Positions 1 through 9,217 are shown, numbered from the stretch's first letter. The stretch is DNA of 64,000 nt from Spirochaetales bacterium (GCA_037142615.1 JBAXAI010000011.1:32001-96000); one strand, 5' to 3'. Notes: generated by a model from the sequence alone, not told the origin. Numbers and translations: made by a program.

Positions 1-63
1 CTGCAGAAGCCGTTCACCTTGGCCGAAGTGTCCAGAAAAGTGGCGGGCGTGCTGCAACATTGA
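1..63 (+). CDS. 3' end of a gene ending in a receiver (REC) domain (partial)
   Basis: Frame 1 reads LQKPFTLAEVSRKVAGVLQH-stop, the KPF motif and last helix of a REC domain. Confidence 0.7.
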   Translation: MQKPFTLAEVSRKVAGVLQH

Positions 64-64
64 C

Positions 65-427
65 TTGGTTTCCAAATGTTGCAACAATGGAGCTGTGGAT
101 GCCGCCCAAACCGCCCGGCTCGAGCAAAGTGCCGAGCTTTTCAAAGCCCTTGGCCACCCTATGCGCTTGGCCATGCTCGAAAAACTCAAAGGCCAGCCTT
201 GGTGCGTCTGTGACATCGCGAGCTCGCTGGGTCTGAACAAGTCCATCGCGTCCAAGCACCTTTCGCAACTTCACGATGTTGGTCTGCTCGACGTGGAAAA
301 GCAGGGCACGAAGGTCATTTACACCCTGGCGGCTCCCGAGCTTGTCGATCTTGGGGCGATCGGCCAAGAGGCCCTTGCGAAGCAGAAGCTGCGTCGCGAG
401 GGCCAAAGGTCGACTGCTCCGGCCTAA
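65..427 (+). CDS. ArsR/SmtB family transcriptional regulator
   Basis: FKALGHPMRL, WCVCDIA, SKHLSQL, EKQGTKVIY winged-HTH signature. Start uncertain (TTG 65 or GTG near 95). Confidence 0.9.
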   Translation: MVSKCCNNGAVDAAQTARLEQSAELFKALGHPMRLAMLEKLKGQPWCVCDIASSLGLNKSIASKHLSQLHDVGLLDVEKQGTKVIYTLAAPELVDLGAIGQEALAKQKLRREGQRSTAPA

Positions 428-945
428 CTTCGGCCGTTGCCACCACCATTGCCACCGCCGTTCCCGCCGCCGCCTTGAAACGCGCGCAGGTGGTTTTCCG
501 AGCCGCGCTTGAGTTCCTCAAACACGGTGCGAACCTCTGCAGGGAGCGTGGCCTTCAGGAACTTGTCGTACATGGCAATATTCAGCTGCTCGGCTTCGAC
601 TCCCACAGCCAACGCCTTGGCCCAGTCAGCGGGCGTCAGCGTGACGGCCTTGGGGGCAACAGGCATCGGCAGGCCGTTGCCCGCGAACAGCGGTGTCAGC
701 CAGGTGATGTGGTTCTGTTCCGTGGTCACGATGTTGGCGAACGGGCGCTGGTCGGGCCACTTCTTGAGGATGGCTTCGTACTCGGCCTTGGCGGCCCACT
801 CGTCTTGGATGGCGTAGGTCAGCATTTGCGCCAGAGTAGGGTTTTTCACCTCGGCCGCTGCGGCCCAACCGGTTTTGTCGGCCCCGAACAGGGGCAAGGT
901 CGCCAGCAGCAACGCTGCGGCAAGGTTCAGTCTTGTGGTCTTCAT
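424..945 (-). CDS. Exported ferritin-like (DUF2202-like) protein
   Basis: Signal peptide; DEWAAKAEY, EQNH, EQLNIAMY, SENHLRAF diiron-type motifs; Gly/Asn-rich tail; ATG 945 follows AGGAAGGA. Confidence 0.8.
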   Translation of the reverse strand: MKTTRLNLAAALLLATLPLFGADKTGWAAAAEVKNPTLAQMLTYAIQDEWAAKAEYEAILKKWPDQRPFANIVTTEQNHITWLTPLFAGNGLPMPVAPKAVTLTPADWAKALAVGVEAEQLNIAMYDKFLKATLPAEVRTVFEELKRGSENHLRAFQGGGGNGGGNGGGNGRS

Positions 946-962
946 GATTCGTTCCTTCCTTT

Positions 963-2189
963 TCACTTCATTTCCGTTTCGGCGCTGACGTAGCCTTGGA
1001 TTCCCAGCTTTTCGGCGACAAACACGCGCACGTCGCCGGTGGCAAACGTTCCCAGCGCATTGGCGGAGTCCTTGATGGGCTTTTCGAGGTCAGCCTCGGT
1101 GATGCCGAACTTTTCGACAAAGGCATGGCGTTCGATGCCGGTCAGGTCGGCGACCTCGGCGAACGTGTTCTTGCCCTTGATCAGGTCGGGATCAAACGCA
1201 GGCATCTCGACGCTGGCAGCCAAGGTTGGGCCGCCGGAGCCACGCGCTTCTTCGGCTAAACTCAACGTGCTCGTATGGAACCACCCGGGAATAGCCGTCA
1301 GCGCGACGACGCCGAAGAACACGACGACAGTCGCCAAGGTCAGGAACAGCGGACTGATCTTGGTGTTCTTCGGGCCAGCAAACGCGAGGGTATCCTTGAC
1401 GGGGCAAGCGTTGACGCAAAGCCCGCAGGCCAGGCATTCGGCGCTGGTGACGTCTTTCACCTTGGACACGGGAAGGTCGACGGGGCAGACTTTGTCGCAC
1501 TTGCCGCAGTCGATGCACTTGGTTTCGTCGCGGCGCACCCGGTACAGGCCCAGTTTGCTCACCAGACCGTACATGGCGCCCATGGGGCAAAGGTACTTGC
1601 AGAAGAAGCGGTCGTAGAACAGGCTGGCGATCAGCGATCCGATCAGGATCAGCGCGCCGACCCAGAAGCCTGTCCAAACCTCGGCACTGCTCAGGTGCAT
1701 GAACGCCACCCAAGGGTCGTAGGGGCGAACCACGAGCGTGCCCGCTATCCAGGTCAGTGCGGTAAGGCCGGCCAAGACCACGTACTTGAGCCAGCGAAGC
1801 GGCATGTCGACGACGGCGGGCAGCTTGAACTTGCGGCCGAAGAGCTTTTTGCCGATGCCGGCCGAAGCACCCTGCAGGGCACCGAGCGGGCAAAGTTGGC
1901 CGCAGAAAGCGCGGCGAAACAAGATGGTGATGCCGATCGAGGCGACCAGCAAGATGAAACTCGAGGCCGCAATCTTGGTCATCAGGTCGCCGGTGGTGGC
2001 GAACATCCACAAGGCTTCCAGGCCGCCGAAGGGGCACAGTGCGTCGACGCCCGGTGGGGTCATCCCGAACAAGGGATGCTGGTGCAGATAACCAACGGTG
2101 GCGAGCAAAACCGTCACGGAGCCGAGGACGATCCAGCGCACCCAGCGGTGGCGGCTTTGTCGGGCTTTGTAGGTTTGGATGGGTGTCAT
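963..2189 (-). CDS. Membrane 4Fe-4S binding protein (NapH/MauN/YccM-like)
   Basis: TM helices, CGQLCP and CKYLCP motifs, two CxxCxxCxxxCP ferredoxin motifs; ATG 2189 follows AGGAG. Confidence 0.88.
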   Translation of the reverse strand: MTPIQTYKARQSRHRWVRWIVLGSVTVLLATVGYLHQHPLFGMTPPGVDALCPFGGLEALWMFATTGDLMTKIAASSFILLVASIGITILFRRAFCGQLCPLGALQGASAGIGKKLFGRKFKLPAVVDMPLRWLKYVVLAGLTALTWIAGTLVVRPYDPWVAFMHLSSAEVWTGFWVGALILIGSLIASLFYDRFFCKYLCPMGAMYGLVSKLGLYRVRRDETKCIDCGKCDKVCPVDLPVSKVKDVTSAECLACGLCVNACPVKDTLAFAGPKNTKISPLFLTLATVVVFFGVVALTAIPGWFHTSTLSLAEEARGSGGPTLAASVEMPAFDPDLIKGKNTFAEVADLTGIERHAFVEKFGITEADLEKPIKDSANALGTFATGDVRVFVAEKLGIQGYVSAETEMK

Positions 2190-2211
2190 GGTGAAACTCC
2201 TGCCTCCACCT

Positions 2212-2228
2212 TGCAACCGGCGTGCCAA
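2212..2228 (-). promoter_or_regulatory. Sigma54 (-24/-12) promoter
   Basis: Minus strand reads TTGGCACGCCGGTTGCA, matching TGGCAC-N5-TTGC, about 22 bp upstream of the ATG at 2189. Confidence 0.8.
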
Positions 2229-2404
2229 AAGTTGATCTGCATGAACATCTATCTTTGATGAATATACAACTTTTGGTATATTACCAATCTGGTCGGGTGT
2301 GAAAAACCTTCCGAGCGTCGGCGTGTCGGGAAGTTTTTGCCCATGAAGGGTAGTGGTGGACGGGCGCCGGATCGAAGCCTATGCTGGGGACAAGGAAGGT
2401 GGCC

Positions 2405-2821
2405 ATGATCGAACGCCGTCAAAAGCACTCGTTGTTCAGTTCGCTCCCCCGTCGTCTCATCAGCTGGTCGGAATCCTTCGGCTTGGGGGTGGTGTTTGTG
2501 GCCACCATGATCTCGGTGGGTCAGGAAGTCTGGCACATGATCGAAGCCCAAACGGTCGCGCTGGGCGACCTGCTGCTGCTATTCATCTTCCTCGAGGTCA
2601 TCTCGATGGTGGGAATCTACTACATGTCGCACCGGGTTCCGGTCCGCTACCCGATCTACATCGCCATCACGGCCCTCGCGCGCTACCTTATCCTCGACGC
2701 CAAGTCACTCGACCCTTGGGGACTCCTGGCGGTGGGGGGCACGATTCTGGTGCTGGCCGGCACTGTCTTGCTGATCCGGTACGGCCAAACCAAGTTCCCC
2801 TACAAGGAAGAAGAGTCCTGA
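2405..2821 (+). CDS. psiE: Phosphate-starvation-inducible PsiE family membrane protein
   Basis: LGDLLLLFIFLEVISMVGIYY...PVRYPIYIAITALARYLIL; four TM segments. Confidence 0.88.
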   Translation: MIERRQKHSLFSSLPRRLISWSESFGLGVVFVATMISVGQEVWHMIEAQTVALGDLLLLFIFLEVISMVGIYYMSHRVPVRYPIYIAITALARYLILDAKSLDPWGLLAVGGTILVLAGTVLLIRYGQTKFPYKEEES

Positions 2822-2824
2822 GCC

Positions 2825-4171
2825 TCATTTGTGCAGGCGACTGAGACTGTACACCGCGGCCAAGCCCAAGACGGCAGCGGCGACCAGATAGATGGCGGTC
2901 GCGCTGGTGTAGAAGGCCGAAACCTCCAGCGTCGAAGCGGGACCATGAAGCCAGACAAACGCCGTTCCCGACAGCGAGATTCCGGCGGCCGTTCCCAGGT
3001 TGCGCGCCAATTGCGTGAACCCGGTGGCCGAACCCAAGAGGTTCTTCGGGGCCGCGCCCATGAGAGCGCTGTTGTTCGGCGACTGGAACACGCCCATCGA
3101 GAAGCCCATGAGGGACAGACCTCCGATGACCGCGAAGGGCGACCACCACGGGCCGACGAGGGCCAGAAGGAGCAGGCCCACCGCCCCGACGAACAACCCC
3201 AGCGTGGCGAGCTTCACCGAGCCGAAACGGTCCGAGAGCTTGCCGCTCACCGGTGACACCACCGCCATCACGATGGGAAACGCCATCATCGCCAGCCCAG
3301 TGACCGCCGGACCCCACCCCTGCACCACCTGAAAATAGAACGGAACAAGCACGGTGGGCGTGTACAGCGCCAAAAAGGCAACCAGCGAGAGCCCCCACGA
3401 CGAGGAGAACTTCGGGTTGGCGAACAGTTCCAGCCGCAAGATGGGGTGCTTGGCGCGGCGTTCCCAGACCAGAAAGACCACCAGCAGCGCCAGGGCCACG
3501 AGTTCCCACTCCCACTGGTTCAAGCCCAAGCCGAAGCTGACGATGGCCGCCGCCAGCAGGGCCGCCCCGAACCAGTCGAGCGCAAACTTCGCCGTCGCGA
3601 CTTTGGCGTCGTGAGGAATGTGGAACGCCGAGGCTGCCCAACCCGCTGCGGCCACGGCCGCCGACAGATAGAACACGCTGCGCCAGCCGGCCGCGCCGAT
3701 GAGCAGGCCGCCCAGAGCAGGGCCGAGGATGCTCCCCAGCGCCCCCACGGTGGTCAGCAGACCCAGGTTCCGCCCGCGTTGCGAGGCCGGGTGGTGCTCC
3801 GTCGCCAGCGCCATCCCGTTGGCAATGATCATGGCGCCCCCCAAACCCTGCAAAATGCGGGACACGACAAGCAGCGGCAAGTTCGGCGCCCAGGTGCTCA
3901 GCAGCGAGAACAGCGAGAGGAGCAGAAAACCCAGGTTGAAGATCTTCTTGCGTCCAATCTGGTCGGCCAGACTGCCGAGCAAGGGCAGCAACGCCGAGAT
4001 CGACAGCAGGTACACCGACGCCACCCACTGGATGCCGCCGGGGGTGGTGTGAAACTCGGCAGCCATCGACGGCAGCCCGACGTTGACGATGCCGGCGTCG
4101 AGCATCGAGAGAAAAGGCCCAAACATGATGGTGGGCAAAATCCAGCGGTTCACAGGTTTCTCTTCAGACAT
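2825..4171 (-). CDS. MFS transporter, DHA2 (14-TM) family, copy A
   Basis: LDAGIVNVGLPSM, GSLADQIGRKK (motif A), SRILQGLGGA, GPALGG, FQSPNN. Confidence 0.93.
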   Translation of the reverse strand: MSEEKPVNRWILPTIMFGPFLSMLDAGIVNVGLPSMAAEFHTTPGGIQWVASVYLLSISALLPLLGSLADQIGRKKIFNLGFLLLSLFSLLSTWAPNLPLLVVSRILQGLGGAMIIANGMALATEHHPASQRGRNLGLLTTVGALGSILGPALGGLLIGAAGWRSVFYLSAAVAAAGWAASAFHIPHDAKVATAKFALDWFGAALLAAAIVSFGLGLNQWEWELVALALLVVFLVWERRAKHPILRLELFANPKFSSSWGLSLVAFLALYTPTVLVPFYFQVVQGWGPAVTGLAMMAFPIVMAVVSPVSGKLSDRFGSVKLATLGLFVGAVGLLLLALVGPWWSPFAVIGGLSLMGFSMGVFQSPNNSALMGAAPKNLLGSATGFTQLARNLGTAAGISLSGTAFVWLHGPASTLEVSAFYTSATAIYLVAAAVLGLAAVYSLSRLHK

Positions 4172-4186
4172 GGACTTCTCCATCGT

Positions 4187-4218
4187 AAGAATATAATATA
4201 TATCCTATATAGGAGAAA
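4187..4218. promoter_or_regulatory. Divergent MFS/rhodanese control region with palindrome TCCTATATAGGA
   Basis: A 32 bp AT-rich block identical to 11055-11086 although the flanks have diverged; perfect 12 bp palindrome at 4203-4214. Confidence 0.7.
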
Positions 4219-4220
4219 TG

Positions 4221-4607
4221 ATGAAGTACCTTCAACTTGTGGCCTTGCTGCTTCTGCTGCCGTTTGTCCTCGCGGCCCAAGCCAAGATCGACGAGCCCGC
4301 GCTCAAGGCTCTTTTGGCCAAGGACAAAGCAGTCGTCGTCCTCGATGTGCGGACGCTTGACGAGTACGTGGCAGGCCACCTGGAGGTGGCCAAGTTGCTC
4401 CCCTACGACGCCATCGACGCGAAGTCGGCGGCGCAGGTGGTCCCCAAGAAGGCGACCACCGTCGTCGTGTATTGCCACTCGGGCCGCCGAAGCGCGCTCG
4501 CGGCACAAACTCTCAAGGAGCTCGGTTATACCAACGTGCTCGACATCGGCGGTCTGGCCAACTGGAAAGGTAAACTGGCGACCGGCGCGCCGGCGAAGGC
4601 GCGCTAG
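4221..4607 (+). CDS. Exported single-domain rhodanese (PspE-like), copy A
   Basis: Signal peptide, LDVRTLDEY..GHL, active loop YCHSGRRS. Alternative start 4218. Confidence 0.92.
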   Translation: MKYLQLVALLLLLPFVLAAQAKIDEPALKALLAKDKAVVVLDVRTLDEYVAGHLEVAKLLPYDAIDAKSAAQVVPKKATTVVVYCHSGRRSALAAQTLKELGYTNVLDIGGLANWKGKLATGAPAKAR

Positions 4608-4621
4608 ACTGGCCTTTGGCC

Positions 4622-6565
4622 CTACGGGTACGTCGTGACGTCGCTGGCCGACAGCGCAGTTACCCCCAGCGCCGAGGCTTCGGCGTCGAGCTGAGCCTGG
4701 GCAAGCCCGGTGGCCTGGCGAGCAAGGGCGGTGGCCGCCAAGTCACCGAGCGAGGCATCGACGGTCGCGAGCAGCGTGGCGGTGGCGGTGTCGGGCAAGG
4801 CAAACCCCGGGGGAATCGCTGCCGTGGTGCTGACGACGTACGAAGCCGTGCTGCTTCGGGTCTTGGTCGAGGCGTCCCAGGCCCAGAAGGTCTTGTTGTG
4901 CAAGGCGTTCGACACTTCCAGGTCGCCGAGCCACGGAGCAAACCCCACATCGGTCGTCCGCAACGACGTGCCCGTCTGCGGTTTCTCGAGCCAGTACTGG
5001 AAAGTCGATACCGTCGAGCTCGAGCCGCTGGGACCAGTCACCGTCTCGGTACCCTTCTCCTGCTGGCGAATCACGTAGTTAAGGCTGGTGAGCGCCGCCG
5101 AGAGGCGGAGTGTCTTCAGCGGGAACACGCTGTGCTGAAAGTAGGTGCCGCTGTCGCCGGTGTAGCCCGAGCTGGCCGCCGCGCTGTTGGTAAAGTCCAG
5201 GCTGTAGGTGTAGTCGGTGTAGCCCGAACCGGCGTTGTAGTTGCTGCCGTCGGATTCCGAACTGAAGTACACCCGGTCGCCTTGTGCCCAGGGTGAAGCG
5301 GTGCGGTATACCACGATCCACGGCACGAGATGGGAGTTGCCCGACGAGAAGAGCGTTGTCCACGGGTCGGCGCTCGAGGCGCGGTAGAGCAACTGGGTAA
5401 CCGTGCGAGCCCCGGCCGTACTCCCGGACGTACTCCAGCTCTCGGACGCGCGGAGCTGGAACGTGTCCGCAGGCGATATCGAGTAGTCCTTGAGGTTGAG
5501 AAACTTCTGGTTGGCACTGACGCCGTCGTCGAGCTTGTCGAGAAAGCCGAACTCGCTGCCACGCGCACTCGAGGCGATCTTTTCGCGCAGCAGCTCACCG
5601 GTGCCGTCGTACACTTCTGACCGGTACTGCGTCAGGTCGGTGTTGCCATCGGTCCACGAGCCCTTGGCCAGCACGCCGCCCTGAGCGCCGTCGCCCCAGG
5701 CCGCATTGAACGAGTCGGCGGTGACCTGCACGTACGAGGTTCCGCTCGAACCCATTGTCACTTTTTGGTACTGGCCCGAAGTCTGGTTGGCGACGCTGTT
5801 GCTGTTGGTGACAGGGTCGAACACCACCGTTTGGGTACCGGTGGAGGCGTCGTACAGGCCCCGGAGCGAAACCGTGAATACCGTGCCGCTGGGGTAAGTG
5901 TTCCCGTTGCCGTCGTCGGCCGAAGTCGTGAGCGTGCGGGTACCAAGGAAGGCCACCTTGGCAACCAAGCTAGGCGGTGTGTTGGCCGAGGTGAGCACCA
6001 AATGCAGGTAGTAGTCGTAGGTATCGGCGGCGGCGGCAGCGCTCGAATCGGGCAACCGGCAGTGGCCGTCGCCGCTGAAGTGCCATTTGATGGCGAGCTG
6101 ATCGCCGTCACTCGTGATCTTGGTAACTACCAGCTTGCCGGCGCCGAACTTTTTCGGGACGCCAAGGATGGCGGCCTGGTCCTCGGTGACGGTAACATCC
6201 CCCAGGCTCACGGTCGAGTCGTAGGTCATCTCGGTGAGGCCAGCCATCCCTTGCTGGAACGCCAACAAGATGTTCGACAGCACGCTCTCGGCGAGTTCCT
6301 TCTGGAGCCGGACGTAACCCTCGGAGCGCACTCCGGGCAACGCGGTGGGGTCGAGCGTCGACACGTCGCCGACGGCCCGCAGGGCGGATTTCGTCCAGGC
6401 GGTGGTACCGTCACGCAGGCTGACAGGTAACAGCGCCTGGCCGACGGGGATCGAATTGATGGCCGCCGTCAACGTTGAAAGGGCCGTCGAGTTGCCTCCC
6501 AACGAGCAGGAACTCAGGGCCAGAGCGAGGCCAAAGAACAGGGTAAGGGTCTTGGAAAACTGCAT
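4622..6565 (-). CDS. Large hypothetical lipoprotein, copy A
   Basis: 647 aa ORF, lipobox LALSSC, Ser/Thr/Gly-rich; paralogue at 11479-12895. Confidence 0.82.
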   Translation of the reverse strand: MQFSKTLTLFFGLALALSSCSLGGNSTALSTLTAAINSIPVGQALLPVSLRDGTTAWTKSALRAVGDVSTLDPTALPGVRSEGYVRLQKELAESVLSNILLAFQQGMAGLTEMTYDSTVSLGDVTVTEDQAAILGVPKKFGAGKLVVTKITSDGDQLAIKWHFSGDGHCRLPDSSAAAAADTYDYYLHLVLTSANTPPSLVAKVAFLGTRTLTTSADDGNGNTYPSGTVFTVSLRGLYDASTGTQTVVFDPVTNSNSVANQTSGQYQKVTMGSSGTSYVQVTADSFNAAWGDGAQGGVLAKGSWTDGNTDLTQYRSEVYDGTGELLREKIASSARGSEFGFLDKLDDGVSANQKFLNLKDYSISPADTFQLRASESWSTSGSTAGARTVTQLLYRASSADPWTTLFSSGNSHLVPWIVVYRTASPWAQGDRVYFSSESDGSNYNAGSGYTDYTYSLDFTNSAAASSGYTGDSGTYFQHSVFPLKTLRLSAALTSLNYVIRQQEKGTETVTGPSGSSSTVSTFQYWLEKPQTGTSLRTTDVGFAPWLGDLEVSNALHNKTFWAWDASTKTRSSTASYVVSTTAAIPPGFALPDTATATLLATVDASLGDLAATALARQATGLAQAQLDAEASALGVTALSASDVTTYP

Positions 6566-6601
6566 AGTTTGCTCCTTACCCTCAAGGCTAAAATCGCAAT
6601 G

Positions 6602-7897
6602 TCACAGTTCCGTCGCATCGGGTTCCAAAGTTGGTCGCCGAAGCGTGAACTCAATGACCGTGCCTCGCCCCACTTCGCTCTGCAGAATCAACTCACCGCC
6701 GTGAGCCTTCACCAGGACCCGGACAATCCGCAGACCCAATCCGCTGTGATGGTCTTCGGGGTTCCGGGCCAAGTCGGCACGGTAAAAGGCTTCTCCCAAA
6801 AAAGGCAGGTGCTCGGCGGCGATGCCGCGTCCGGTGTCAGCCACCCCAAGGGTCACCACACTCCCGACCTCGAGGGTGACAGACACCTTGGCGCCCGTCC
6901 CGGCGTGCGAGATCGCGTTCGAGAGCAGATTCTCGAAGACTTGGGCCAAACGATCGGGGTCGGCCAGGACGAGCACCGGCGGACCCCCGGGAACCGGCCG
7001 CAAGTCGATCCCGGCCTTGAGGGCCGGCTCCGCGTAGGCCGCCCGGCACGAGACCGCCAGTTCCCTCGCGTCGACGGTTTGTAGCGTCAGCGGAAGTTCA
7101 TGCAGATCGAGCCGGGCCAGCTCGAGCATGTCGGTGACCAGGCGAAGCAGGCGTTCGGAAGTCGCCACGATGGAGCGCAGGGCCCTCGAACGGCGCACCG
7201 GATCGTCGGCCAAACCGTCCTGCAGGGCCCCCGTCATTGTCCTCAAGGTAGAAAGCGGGGTGCGGAACTCGTGCGCAACGTCGGCGAGAAACTGCCGCCG
7301 GGTTTGAGTCTCTCTTTCCAGGTCGCCAATCTGCTTCGAAACGCGGTCGCCCAGGAAGGTCAACGTGCGTCCGAGTTCGGCAAACTCGCCGGCGCCCTGA
7401 ATCTGGAGGTCGGGCCGAAAGTTCCCCTCGGTCATCGAGTGCGCCGCCTTCATCAACTTGGCCAGAGGCCGCGTGAACAGCAGGCTTGCCCAAATACCAA
7501 AAAGGAGGGCGATCACCAGGGCCATCACCGCCGACAGCGCCAAGTTCTTCGACTGCACCGCGATCTGCTCCGCCGAGAGGGGTTGAGGACCGTCGCGGGT
7601 GGCGGTGTCGAGGGCAGGCACGGTCGCGGTCAATGTGGATTCCCCGGGCAGCGACTTGTCGGGAGCGGGCAACCGGGCGGGATAGCCCATGAAGAACTCG
7701 GCAAGGCCGAACATTGGCTCGGCGAGTGGACGGGTGTACAACTCGGGGTGTTCGACCATCTGAGCGCGGTACGACATCAGCTGCAGGTAGGTCAAAAAGT
7801 GTTCTACACCAGCGCTCACCACCCAAGTCGAGACGATGGCAAGAACCAGCGCCGTCACCACTTGGGTGCGCACATCAATTTTGGGGACGAAACGCAT
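6602..7897 (-). CDS. HAMP sensor histidine kinase, copy A
   Basis: Two TM helices, HAMP, DVAHEFRTPL H-box, NLLSNA, DTGRGI, GLGL. Confidence 0.95.
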   Translation of the reverse strand: MRFVPKIDVRTQVVTALVLAIVSTWVVSAGVEHFLTYLQLMSYRAQMVEHPELYTRPLAEPMFGLAEFFMGYPARLPAPDKSLPGESTLTATVPALDTATRDGPQPLSAEQIAVQSKNLALSAVMALVIALLFGIWASLLFTRPLAKLMKAAHSMTEGNFRPDLQIQGAGEFAELGRTLTFLGDRVSKQIGDLERETQTRRQFLADVAHEFRTPLSTLRTMTGALQDGLADDPVRRSRALRSIVATSERLLRLVTDMLELARLDLHELPLTLQTVDARELAVSCRAAYAEPALKAGIDLRPVPGGPPVLVLADPDRLAQVFENLLSNAISHAGTGAKVSVTLEVGSVVTLGVADTGRGIAAEHLPFLGEAFYRADLARNPEDHHSGLGLRIVRVLVKAHGGELILQSEVGRGTVIEFTLRRPTLEPDATEL

Positions 7898-8567
7898 ACC
7901 CTACCCCCCGAATGGTCACAATAGGAAAGTTCGCCAGGCCTGCCATCTCGAGCTTCTCACGCAGCCGGTAGACGAGGTTGTCGACCTGCCGGGAACCCAC
8001 GTGGTAGGTCTCGCCATCACCCCACGCCTGGTCGATCAGCACCTGGCGGGTATGGACCCGCTGCGGCGCCTTCACCAGGGTCACCAACACGTCGAACTCA
8101 AGGTTGGTCAGGACCACGTCTTTGCCCAACACGAGCACCCGATGTTCGCCCACCCAGATCTCGAGCGTCGACCAGCGGTAGGTCGCTTGCGCTAAAGGCA
8201 CCTGCGACGAGCGACGGAGCAGCGCCTTGATCCTCGAAACCACCTCGGCGGCCGAAAAAGGTTTGGTGACGTAGTCGTCGGCGCCTTTGTCGAGCGCCCT
8301 GACCTTGTCGATTTCCCCGTCCTTCGCCGACAGCATGAGGATGGGTACCTGGGAACGCCGACGAAGCTTTTCGCAGACGGTCACGCCATCGACCAAGGGC
8401 ATCATGATATCGAGAATGACGAGGGCGGGCTGCTCGGCGTCGAACCGGCGCAGCGCTTCGGCGCCGTCGGCGGCCAGCAGAACCTCGAAGCCAGCGGCCT
8501 CGAGGTACCAGCTCAGGCCCTCCGCAAGGTCGGTGTTGTCGTCAGCGACAAGGATGCGTTGGGACAA
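7875..8567 (-). CDS. OmpR/PhoB family response regulator, copy A
   Basis: ILVADD, LDIMMP, GADDYVTKPF, C-terminal TIRGVGY; TTG start after AGGAGG. Confidence 0.95.
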   Translation of the reverse strand: MSQRILVADDNTDLAEGLSWYLEAAGFEVLLAADGAEALRRFDAEQPALVILDIMMPLVDGVTVCEKLRRRSQVPILMLSAKDGEIDKVRALDKGADDYVTKPFSAAEVVSRIKALLRRSSQVPLAQATYRWSTLEIWVGEHRVLVLGKDVVLTNLEFDVLVTLVKAPQRVHTRQVLIDQAWGDGETYHVGSRQVDNLVYRLREKLEMAGLANFPIVTIRGVGYAFRPQN

Positions 8568-8587
8568 GGCTTTCCTCCTGTCGGGGC

Positions 8588-9139
8588 TCAGGGCCGCTTT
8601 TGAGAGAATACCGACTCGGGTCGGGTGTACACAACGCTCAGGCTCGCCTCGGCGAGAACACGGCCCCTCATAGCGTCGAGCAGCACCTGTCGCGTCACCC
8701 GCGAAGAGGGAACCGCCGGTTCGATCGTCGACGAAAGGGCGTACAGCGTCAGCACGTACGTCTTGGGACCAGGGCCCTTCGACATCGGAGGAGCGTACGA
8801 GGGAAGATCATTTTCGTTGTTCTTCCCCCACTCGCCAAGGTCTTTTTGGCCAGACGCCAAGCCCGTGGCGGAGGCAGGGAGGTTGTACAGATTCCAGTAC
8901 TCTTTGATGAGCCCCTGAGGATCGACGTGGTGCATGATGAGCGCCAGCGACTTCGTTCCCGAGGGAACGCCTGACCAGCGGAGCGGCGGCGATGAGCCGG
9001 AGCCGTCGCCGGTGAACTCAGCCGGGAGAGCGCCACCGTCGGAAACCACGGGACTTGAAAGCTGGAACGGCGACTGGGCCGACAGCGCGAGCGAAGGCAG
9101 GAGCAAGAGCAAGAGCGCAGTGACGCGAGGAAGTGTCAT
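8588..9139 (-). CDS. YbhB/YbcL (PEBP, Raf kinase inhibitor-like) exported protein
   Basis: Signal peptide, SPPLRWSGVPSGTKSLALIM, YAPP..GP..YVLTLYAL. Confidence 0.88.
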   Translation of the reverse strand: MTLPRVTALLLLLLPSLALSAQSPFQLSSPVVSDGGALPAEFTGDGSGSSPPLRWSGVPSGTKSLALIMHHVDPQGLIKEYWNLYNLPASATGLASGQKDLGEWGKNNENDLPSYAPPMSKGPGPKTYVLTLYALSSTIEPAVPSSRVTRQVLLDAMRGRVLAEASLSVVYTRPESVFSQKRP

Positions 9140-9155
9140 GAAACCCTCCGTCACC

Positions 9156-9210
9156 AAGCTACCACGCCTGTGTCGCACGGCCATCGGAGTTGTGTCGCAC
9201 GTTGGTCGCA
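9156..9210 (-). promoter_or_regulatory. Extended -10 plus four 11-bp-period repeats (OmpR/PhoB-type boxes), copy A
   Basis: Plus-strand TGTCGCA/CATCGGA/TGTCGCA/GGTCGCA at 9171, 9182, 9193, 9204; minus-strand TGgTAGCTT; same layout at 14312-14366. Confidence 0.7.
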
Positions 9211-9217
9211 GGCCCGC

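Larger units (their letters stand above)
3107..9215. repeat. Segmental direct duplication, copy A (intact)
   Basis: Same gene order and recognisable DNA and protein similarity to 9969-14370. Confidence 0.9.

Noticed and set aside
430-475. 12 bp tandem repeat
   Set aside because: It encodes the GGGN low-complexity tail of the ferritin-like protein; not a CRISPR array or VNTR of note.
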